Assembly (NCBI GenBank): GCA_964016885.1
Contig: OZ024741.1
Location: 121,520,001-121,584,000, forward strand
DNA from: Eledone cirrhosa
Lineage: Eukaryota
Direction of reading: 5' to 3'
Length of the DNA: 64,000 nucleotides
How positions within the stretch are numbered: the first letter of the stretch is position 1; the number at the start of each line of letters is the position of its first letter. A program made the position numbers and the translations under genes. Below are positions 54,901-64,000 of this stretch, piece after piece. The notes beneath the pieces are model-generated. The model had not been told where the DNA came from, did not search any database, and saw only the letters and a list, made by a program, of their open reading frames with translations.

Positions 54901-55402
54901 GGTTGGTGAGGCTCTTGCACCCTCCACCCCTATCCGCTAATCCCACACAGTCCCAGCGTGCATCTAAGATCCCGTTCCAGTCGCCCACTAACACTAAAGA
55001 GCGCGACGTTCCAAGAAAGGTCTCCAGACGCCGGAAGAAATCAGGCCGCCCTGCTCCTGTCGGGGCATAGACGGCCACTAGCCTGAAAGCTTGCCCGTCT
55101 CCGCTGGTCACGTCCAGCACCACCAGCTTACCCTCTGGGTCCAGGAAGATGGCCCGTATGGCGAGATCCAAACCTCTCCGAAAAAGCACAGCAACTCCTC
55201 CACCCGATCCAGGACGGCTGGGAGATGCGTACACATCGTAGCCGCCGAAGATCGGTGCGAAGGCCCGTGCTTCGGAGATTCTGGTCTCGCTGATGGCCAC
55301 TACATCTATGTTTAGTGACCTGAGGTCGTTGAGCAGGTGACCCTGCTTCCATGACGACCCCAAGCCACGCGCATTTATGCTGCCTATTCTGAGTGAGGTC
55401 AT
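51983..55402 (-). CDS. LINE ORF2 (APE-RT-zinc finger), 1139 aa, intact
   Basis: As copy 1; one amino-acid difference seen (KALAIEK vs KALTIEK). Confidence 0.97.
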   Translation of the reverse strand: MTSLRIGSINARGLGSSWKQGHLLNDLRSLNIDVVAISETRISEARAFAPIFGGYDVYASPSRPGSGGGVAVLFRRGLDLAIRAIFLDPEGKLVVLDVTSGDGQAFRLVAVYAPTGAGRPDFFRRLETFLGTSRSLVLVGDWNGILDARWDCVGLADRGGGCKSLTNLLRRFELSDRYRLDFPNVPMWTWTNRIGSSRSYLDRVFCREIDRSSIGCPQFKIVSYTDHKFVICVLDLDRLHRRGPGYWKLNASLPARKAYRDRISELVKRALTGAIVNNKWWFALKRAIRIESIRFSKALAIEKNRAEGELVRKLDEALSKGIATDVLAAKLALDQFFNAKHEGCVVRARVRALRHEGTKAVQWARVAEARRGNKATIRSLVDHDGRMLLDPGQMCEAFQRHFAQLFGGSGGPGRGMDFSVYLDGLPRLSATEAKCCEKPITAAEVREAMTGCTRGKSPGLDGLPYELYVQMPDLFGGLLADVYCNWQQNGRIPSSVSRGAVALLRKDPNKGDNIDNFRPITLLNTEFKILAKVLAKRLALVVGGLVGEAQTCAIPDRSIHDNLHLMRYIVERVAREPGTGGSLINLDQSKAFDRVDHRYLAAVLRAAGFGPVFRGWIAAMHSDICSVVRVNGHLSEPFNIMRSVRQGCPLSSLLYVLTLEPLLHKLETLRGVPRELGCGRSVSAYADDVTVVVSNAKHIEAIGTTLREYEAVTGAMINQEKSVGLQLGTWRGRSMPSNSVVGRWTDGPVKLLGVWFGPDLQTDKNWDEVTSRVASLTQKWAERKLSLKGRAEVANAYIASVICYRLTVVPCPKPRLTALERLLFRFLWKGRAPMVRRSICCQHPLRGGLGMPWLMMRRHALRLRHLHLFLDGDQVWSPFARRVFPQLVSLTELQSWVKRRPRGSAWRLECLQALTALDQSGNVIGGNSTSAFYRGLVEGKSDDVLGETLGVDENQLANLFGRTFGPGPMDNFQKSLAWQCYRGALPVRDKLYRHGGAVSRACPRCAQGDETVLHALVQCPKIADLWVYVEHLLSRLGRIQLSSESIVRIAPPSSFSREGQAVFICLVAMAKEIVWWTRLKGLKTSTYLFGDALIDFFKFHLKRKIRVEKEVLSSQHFVERWVREARMARVNGPTLSIYL

Positions 55403-55437
55403 GTTTAAAATAGAGTGGAAAAGATGGGAAAGACCAC

Positions 55438-57538
55438 TTACCGTATTTTTGGTAGAGGAGGGATGGTTTTTACATCCCTTTTCACTTGATCGTCTGGTGA
55501 AGGGACCGTTGAATCGTCCCTTCGGCTGGTCGTCGGCTCTTCTAAGAGAATGTCTGAATATACTCTTCGATTAATGGTTCCTCCTAGGTCCCTGAAATCA
55601 CCAACTGCGTTGGGGAATTTCGTTTTAATGTTTGTGTATTGTTTCTGTGCTATTTTTAGCAGTCTTATGTTAGTTGGCGTTTTGATTGGTGCTGGTATTA
55701 TGTAGTCCTGTTGTGAAATGTCTGTGTGTTCAATTATGTAAGTCATTAGTTTCTTGTTGTGTGTGTTTATTGCCGTGCATTTGTTTTTCTGGGGGTGGGG
55801 TGTGGTTCTGCTATTTTCTTGTCGTTGTTGCTGGGTGTGTGTGTTTTGTTGTTGTGTTTGCGATGTTGGTGCTTGTGGTGGTGGTGTTGAAGGTGTTGTT
55901 GGCGGTGGGGTTGTCGCCGGTGGTGATGGTGGTGCTGGTGTGGGTGGTGATGGTGTTGGTGGTGTTGCTGCTGTGGGTCTCTTTGCAGTAGACTTTACCC
56001 TTTTCTCATTTCTTTCCTCCCTTTTCAAAGGCGACGATGCGCTGCTTCTGCGTTTGTGCCTTCTTGAGACCTTTTGCCATCCCTCTCCCACCTCACACTC
56101 CATGTCTGATTCTGTAAGGTCGGGGAGGGGTACCAGCTCCACTCTTTCACTTGTTGTTGTTGGTGATGTTTGCACTGGAGTCTCTGTTGCAGCTGCATTT
56201 GGTATTGCTGTTGTTGTTGTTAATATTTCCACTGCTGCTGCTGTCTTTGATTTCCGTGGAGTGGGTATGGGTGCCACGGACCTATCGTTCCTGGTTGCCG
56301 CTTGTCCTGTTGCTGGTAGCCGTGGAACCGGATTCGGGAGGAGGGGGGTTTTCTCCTTTCTCAGGGTCTTCTCGTTGCAGAAGGCCCTGAGGTGAGTCTT
56401 CGATCCACAGCGAAAGCATTTCGGGCGTTTGCCCTCAACACTTATGGGCAGTTGAGTGCCGTTATCGAAGTCTATCACATCCGGGATAGCTTCGATGCAC
56501 TCCTGGTTGGTTTGGATTAGCATCTCAATGGAGGAGCCGACCCAATCTTCTCTTACTTTTTTCTGTACTTGCAGTACAGTTGTTTTGTCCTCGATTCCGA
56601 CGAGGACAGACGCGGCCAGCCAAGAAGGGGTCATTCCGGGGGGGACGTGGGTCAGTTTGACCCTCACAATTTTTTGCCCGCAGTAGGAGGGCACCAACAC
56701 CATTTCCTCGCTCCTTAGGGTCACTACTGATTGGGCCTTTGCCTCCTGGGGTGTGGCAAAAAGTACGTCTACGGTGGCGTATTTTTTGCCTCGGGTGATG
56801 TGCGTTTTCCTCTGCCACACAGACCCCAAGGCTTTTTGTATTTGGGCCTCTGTGGCTCTTTCCACCCTACGGGATTTTGTACTTACTGTACGGTACGTGA
56901 CCGTACAGTGCTCTTGGGTTTCGAAAAAATTTTTCGCTGCCTTGCAGATTGCTCGGTGTCCGTTCTTTGTCACCATCTTCTTCGCTTCCTCTAATTCCTC
57001 ATTTGTTATGAGGATTGTTTCCAGGTTTTTCGCAATACCTGCAAATGAGATTGGTTTTTCTCTGCTGTTGTTGTTGTCGTCAGAGCTGCTGGTACTTTTG
57101 TTGTTGCTGCAGGTACTACGACTACTGCCTCCGCCGCTGTTGCTGTGGTTGTTGTTGGTGTTGCTGCTGCTAATGCTGTTGTTGTTTATGCTGCTGGTGA
57201 TGCTGTTGCGGCTGCTACTGTTGTTTTCATTGTCACTGTTGCTGTTGTTATTACGGCTGCTACTGCTATTATTCCTGACGTCAGACGAATGAACTGGGTT
57301 TTCGTATTTCCCGCACACCTGTTTCGTCGCTGTCGTCGTCGTCGTGGAGAAACCTTGCACGCTTTGCACGAGACTTTTCTTTTCTTTCGTCGCTTGCGAA
57401 AGAGAAGGTAGGGAGAGAGACACATTTAAAGAAGGGAGGGAGAGAGACAATCTTCTCTCTCCTGTAGTGATGATTGAGGAAGAAGAAGACGGAATGAGTG
57501 GGAGTGACGTATGAAATTTTTTTTTTTTTGGTAGCCAT
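55438..57538 (-). CDS. LINE ORF1, copy 2; same A13 start anomaly
   Basis: Translation matches copy 1. Confidence 0.88.
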
Positions 57539-57750
57539 GTTTTTTGTTTAAAATGAAATTTTGGGTACAAAACCCCAATAACTGGCTATTTAACCCCGAA
57601 GGGCCAAATAACGGACAGAAAGACCCCTCTCACGAGGAGGAGGGTGTCTTTATCAACAATTTGGTTCAAGTTTTAAACAATTTACAATTGTTTTAACGGT
57701 TAAAAATTACTATACCTTACAGAGCCGAGCCTCCGTCAACCATGGCATTC

Positions 57751-57794
<44 letters not shown>

Positions 57795-57818
57795 TATATA
57801 TATATATAAATATAAATA

Positions 57819-57902
<84 letters not shown>

Positions 57903-58030
57903 CAGAAGAACTGGTTTAAATGCTTATTCGTAAAAAATAGTTCTATTGCTATTTTTTAAAAATGTTTTTCTTCAGTTATTTCAATATAAATCTTTACCAT
58001 TGTCATTTTTGACATGTTTACGATGAAAAC

Positions 58031-58094
<64 letters not shown>

Positions 58095-58960
58095 GAGTGG
58101 TCTCTTCTTATATCTGACTGGTCTCATTACCAGCACCCTTCAGGCACTTTCGATCCACTTGTCTCTCCTACACTAGTCGTCCCACTTTTTGTGTTCCTTC
58201 CTAGGCCCACAACCATGTCTCAACAGATTCACTTTTTAGCTAAAGAGTAGATATATATATGGACGCCAATATTAAAACCACACTTCTCATAGACATGAAT
58301 TCCCTTCAAACTCCAATTATAATCCCAAACCAAGGAATGCTTACCATCATGTTGAAATATATCTTAAAACCCCAACTCTATAATAAAGTTACTTTTATAA
58401 TTAATAGGCTTGCGTTCTTCCCTTGATAGTCACTTATACGTTAATACTACCCTATAATCACTAGAAAACAATTTTTACATATTAGTAACGTATATAGTTC
58501 TAATAATTGTTTCTACTTTTGGCACTTTTGGCACTTTTGGCACTTTGTGGTGAGAGGAAATATATCAACCTAATACGAGACTAGTACTTTATTTTATCGA
58601 CGTCGGGAATATAAAAGGCACAGTTGATCTCTCCAGGATTTGAACTCAAAACGTAAAGCTCTGATAATGAATTAGCTTCCCTCATGTGATCACAATGTGT
58701 AATGTTTCCTTATCTCTTGTTTATTTGTAATCAATCGTTTTCCGACATCTTACTGACATATGGGCACCTAGTATTACCACTTGTAAGTATAGACCTATTA
58801 CTTCTGGTGGCGTAGTAGGGGCGCTGTAGTGGCATACTATGTTATGGGTATTTTAAACCTGGTGGAGCCCATCCCATCGCGCGAGAGAGGGAGAGAGAGA
58901 GAGTATAGAGAGAGCGATAGATAGAGGAGAGAAATGTAAATAGTGTGTGTGTGAGTGAGT

Positions 58961-59013
<53 letters not shown>

Positions 59014-59513
59014 TATCCCAGTTCTGGACTGGTACATTTTTCGATAGGATAAAAGGTTATCTAGAATCCAGAGTGTAGAGAGGCGGAAAGAATATTGCAA
59101 AGCATTTTACCTAACTTTCTAATGACTACCAATTTGTCAATTTTCTGCCTAGTATTAACCCTTAACATCCTGTAAATGCCATGCACATCTTTAACTAAAT
59201 CTTAACATATGTTGTTGTCGTTGTTGTTGATGTGTGGCTGGATCTCTGTCACTTCCGACGACGAGTGTTCGATCCACAGAACAACACGCTCGTGACATTA
59301 ACTTTCAAGTGACTGAACGTCCCAGACACGTACACCATAAATATAGTTTTCAGGGAGATTCAGCATGACACAGAGTGTATAGAAAGCCTGGTTCTTTGAA
59401 TTACAGGTACAACTCAGTTTTTCCAGCAGAAATGAAATAAAGTGTTTTGCTCAAGGACACAAAGCACCAAGAACTAAGCCATGCGCCTAAATCCATAACA
59501 AATTATACATGTC

Positions 59514-59559
<46 letters not shown>

Positions 59560-59752
59560 AAGAAATGATGAATACGTTTATTGTGTAGAAGCATTGTGGA
59601 ACATACGGACAAAATGGCGAGGGATATATTTAGAGGAAGAAGTCGAGTGACGCATAAAATTATACATACAATCATATATGAATGGTTTTATAACGTATAA
59701 AATCTCTCTCTCTTTCTCTAACTCTTTCTCCCACTCTTCCTATTTCTCCCCT

Positions 59753-59847
<95 letters not shown>

Positions 59848-59858
59848 TATATATATAT

Positions 59859-61132
59859 GGTGGCTGCCAACTCGTTTTCGAGTACAGCCACTACTTTATA
59901 TCCATGTAGGAGAACTCCCACCGATGCGCTGAACGAGTGAGACTTTTTAGTCCAGCCAGCGACGTGAAAACTCTGCTACAAACACTACACTTGTGACAAT
60001 TATTGACACATAGTGCTGAGCCCATGGTACCATGTGACGACAAGTGCAAAGAGATCTCCAGATACAAAGCAATGCCTGTGCCGTGAAGCTTTTATAGTGA
60101 GCAAAGGCACTGCACAAAACCAGTCCCACTCTCTTAACCAAGATGATATTTACCAAAAAGAAGAACAAGTCAACATCATTGGATACCATCAGAGTTGCAA
60201 GTGTTATATCAGAGTTTTCCTTCTAGAATTCTGCCTTGACAAAGGCTAAGGGGTCATCTCTCCCGGTGATTTTTGGAGTTTCTTTTCCCTTTGACAGATT
60301 TTGTTTTTAGTACTGCAGGATGTCCAAAGTCACCCTCCTCACCAAGAAACCTTGGTGGGGTTGCCAGTTTAGTCGCCAACGACCCGACCATGAGACAGGT
60401 TGTACCGGGATACATGTTACCAGTAGCACCAACTGGTGACCTAGCATAATATATACATACATATATACATACATATATATACACACACATATACATACAC
60501 ATATATATATATATATACATACATGGTGGCTGCCAACTCGTTTTCGAGTACGGCCACTACTTTATATCCATGTAGGAGAACCCCTACCGATGCGCTGAAC
60601 GAGTGTGACTTTTTAGTCCAGCCAGTGACTTGAAAACTCTGGTACAAACACTACACTTGTGACAATTATTGACACATAGTGCTGGGCCCATGGTACCATG
60701 TGACGACAAGTGCAGAGAGATCTCCAGATATAAAGCAATGCCTGTGCCGTGAAGCTTTTATAGTGAGCAAAGGCACTGCACAAAGCCAGTCCCACTCTCT
60801 TAACCAAGATGATATTTACCAAAAAGAAGAACAAGTCAACATCATTGGATACCATCAGGGTTGCAGGTGTTATATCAGAGTTTTCCTTCTCCTAGAATTC
60901 TGCCTTGACAAAGGCTAAGGGGTCATCTCTCCCGGTGATTTTGGATGGCCATTGACTCTTAAGAGCTCCTTTGCCCTTTGACAGGTTTTGTTTTTAGTCC
61001 TGCAGGATGTCCAAAGTCACCCTCCTCACCAAGAAACCTTGGTGGGGTTGCCAGTTTAGTCGCCAACGACCCGACCATGGGACAGGTTGTACTGGGATAC
61101 ATGTTACCAGTAGCACCAACTGGTGACCTGAC
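59859..61132 (-). mobile_element. Two head-to-tail copies of the RTE-derived short element (59859-60442; full-length ~608 bp at 60525-61132)
   Basis: 5' GTCAGGTCACCAGTTGG... to 3' GGCAGCCACC(ATGT)n; separated by microsatellite. Confidence 0.88.
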
Positions 61133-61226
61133 ATACATATATACATACATATATACATATATACATATATACACACATATATATATATACATACACATAT
61201 ACATATACATACACATATACATACAT

Positions 61227-61319
<93 letters not shown>

Positions 61320-61744
61320 CATATACGCATATACATACATATATATATACATATACATACATATATACACATACATACATATATATATATATATACATAC
61401 ATATATATATATATACATATACATACATATACACATATACATACATATATACACATACATACATATATACATACACACATACATACATATATACACATAC
61501 ATATATATATATACATACATATACATGCATACATATATATATATATACATATATATATACATATACACACATACATACATATATACATATACATATATAC
61601 ATATACATACACACACATATATATATATATATTCACATACATACATACACATGCATATATATATACATACATACATAAATATACATACACATACACATAC
61701 ATATATATATATACATATACATACATATATACATAAATATATAT

Positions 61745-61816
<72 letters not shown>

Positions 61817-61819
<3 letters not shown>

Positions 61820-62372
61820 GGAGCAAAGATTGGGAATACGGAGGATGATGTGGTTGAGAGGAAGAGCAAGGCCTGGGCGGCGTGCCACAGCTTGAGATCG
61901 GTGTGGAAGTCGGACCTTCGTAGAGACCTGAAAGTCCGCCTCTTCATTGCTGTAGTGGAGTCTGTGCTGCTGTATGGGTCTGAGACTTGGACACTGACCA
62001 AGAAACTCACTCAGATGGTGGATGGGTGCTACACGAGAATGTTGAGGATGGCTCTGAACATTAATCAGTATACACTGAGGATGAAAAACTCAGAGCTGTA
62101 TGGGAGCATCCCAAAAGTCAGCTCAAAAGTGACACAGAGGAGACTGAGGTTGGCTGGACATGCTCACCGACATCCGGAGTTGACATTGCACTCAGTGCTC
62201 CTTTGGGAGCCCCTACATGGACACACTAGAAGAGGAAGACCAAGGTTAACATATGTTGATGCCCTAAGGACAGACACTGGTCTGTTGGAGATGCAGGATA
62301 TGGCAGCGATAATGAGGGACAGAGACCGCTGGAGAGAACTCGTCCATGGATCTCGGGAATTTTACCCGCCTT

Positions 62373-62374
<2 letters not shown>
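61817..62374 (+). mobile_element. 5'-truncated RTE-clade LINE, C-terminal 185 codons, embedded in (TA)n
   Basis: LK.RLF...[41 protein letters not shown] motifs; stop codon abuts (AT)n. Confidence 0.9.
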
Positions 62375-62447
<73 letters not shown>

Positions 62448-62492
62448 CACATATATATATATACATATATATATATATACATACATATATAC

Positions 62493-62525
<33 letters not shown>

Positions 62526-62575
62526 CATATACATACATATATACATATACATACATACATATACATATATATACA

Positions 62576-62625
<50 letters not shown>

Positions 62626-62834
62626 CACACACACACACACACACGAAGGAGTTGTGGTAAGGAACCAGATGGACCATAACGCACCAGAGTACTCAATACT
62701 TAGGGTAGTAGAGTGGGTAGTAGGAAAATGTATGACCCCGACGGCAGAGCTCAAGCCGTTTCGACAGCTATTTCTAGACTGTCCAGAAATAGCCGTCGAA
62801 ACGGCTTGAGCTCTGCGTCGGGGTCATACATTTT

Positions 62835-62924
<90 letters not shown>

Positions 62925-63109
62925 AACAAAAATAACAAAACAAACGACACTGTACATGGAAGAAATATATTAGTTTAAAGCTTAAAATAGCAGGAAGTCC
63001 TTTATCGGAAGATAGAGTTAGAAATAGAAGATAAATAGAAAGTAAAGAGTGATAAGAGGAAGAATCGGGGAAAAAGTGGGAGAAAAATTAGATGTGCGTA
63101 TTCAGTCGG

Positions 63110-63850
63110 CCATTGCTATTGACACATACAACTCTTTTATTATTAAGGAATTTAACAAGAATTACAAAAGAAAACAACAAAAATCTAACCTATCTACCCT
63201 GAATGAAATTAACAATAATGCTAAGGCTATTGTGAAAGATTGAGACAGATAAATACACTGACCCTTATAAACGTATAACCACTAAGTTCTCTCTGAAAGA
63301 CCAAAACTAATACTGATTTATCTAAGAAGGAAATAGATATTATACTGACTTCTAGACGCACTATAATATAGTTTAACGGTAGTTACTGGGTCTGATAATT
63401 TCGACATCACCATGGGGTCAAGTGACTCTGCCCAAGTAACTGACCTTGTAGAAATCGTAATAACTGCCCTCTTGATGGTCATTATTTTACTAATAATGTA
63501 GTATATAGATGCACTGTTAACACCCATAGTGACTAAAACGTACATTGGAGCTACTGCCAACTGTTTTAAGAGTCGTTTTAATTCTCATAAAAATTGCTTT
63601 AAGAATAGAAATTTAAAATGTATTACGCCTTTAGCAAGATATATTAATGAGCTGAAGCTGTCAAACACCGAATACTCTTGAGTCTGGGATATCTTAACTA
63701 AATCCTCTCCATACAGTGGTCGCAAAGGACATTGCGATCTCTGTATATCGGAAGATTTTTTTCATAACTATGTCAAAGCCCAGCCCAATAAATGATCGCA
63801 ATGAAATTGTAATTAATTGCCATCATCGTTTCGCTTATTCGTTTACTAAC
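63110..63850 (+). mobile_element. Decayed, internally deleted Penelope-like element (possibly Naiad-type)
   Basis: Hand translation gives FDITMGSSDSAQVTDLV (RT) joined directly to CRNRNNCPLDG..NNVVYRC..YIGAT..FKSRF.SH...W.IL...PY...CDLCISE (GIY-YIG); stops and frameshifts. Confidence 0.75.
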
Positions 63851-64000
63851 AGAGTTTTGATCCCACTTAGATTCTATTAGTTGACTTGGCTATCATTTTA
63901 CCTATCTCAAGTACCTTCTTAACCTATCTTATTTTCACACTAACTAGTATACATTTTATTTATTTTATTTTTTATTTTTATTTTTTTTTTCATTTTTATT

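Larger units (their letters stand above)
51720..57750 (-). mobile_element. Full-length L1/Tx1-type LINE, family A, copy 2 (6031 bp), head-to-tail with copy 1
   Basis: Same termini; about 6 differences from copy 1 spotted by eye; (AAT)14 at 57751-57792. Confidence 0.95.

Noticed and set aside
43145-64000. Upstream exon(s) of the host gene (CUB1 N-terminal half), including ORFs 44328-44636 and 63318-63560
   Set aside because: No SP.YP/C.W.I-type exon with splice sites was found; 63318-63560 is the antisense of a Penelope relic. The exon is probably beyond the window, though a short one could have been missed.

Overview
Eukaryotic, AT- and microsatellite-rich animal DNA, probably a coleoid cephalopod such as Octopus (inferred from repeat content, not proven). 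The backbone is a minus-strand gene with 11 internal exons read by hand, all with GT/AG junctions and consistent phases (43144 down to 4011). It encodes CUB-CUB-CUB-4xSushi-cbEGF-Sushi and resembles Drosophila uninflatable; neither end of the gene is in the window. The introns are filled with retroelements associated with particular microsatellites. (1) Three full-length L1/Tx1-type LINEs are each bounded on both sides by (ATT)n: two near-identical copies head-to-tail and one diverged, decayed copy. A tRNA-derived SINE shares their 3' terminal motif and forms head-to-tail trains. (2) R4/Dong-type REL LINE pieces, one with a (TAA)n tail. (3) Six copies of a ~600-bp internally deleted RTE derivative in (ATGT)n/(AT)n. 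(4) Penelope-like fragments and many fold-back palindromes, most carrying a hammerhead-ribozyme motif in each arm. The best leads are the ATT-targeted Tx1 LINE/SINE pair, a conserved splice donor over the ORF1 end that could fuse ORF1 to ORF2 in frame, and the self-masking hammerhead palindromes. All family assignments come from remembered motifs; no searches were run.
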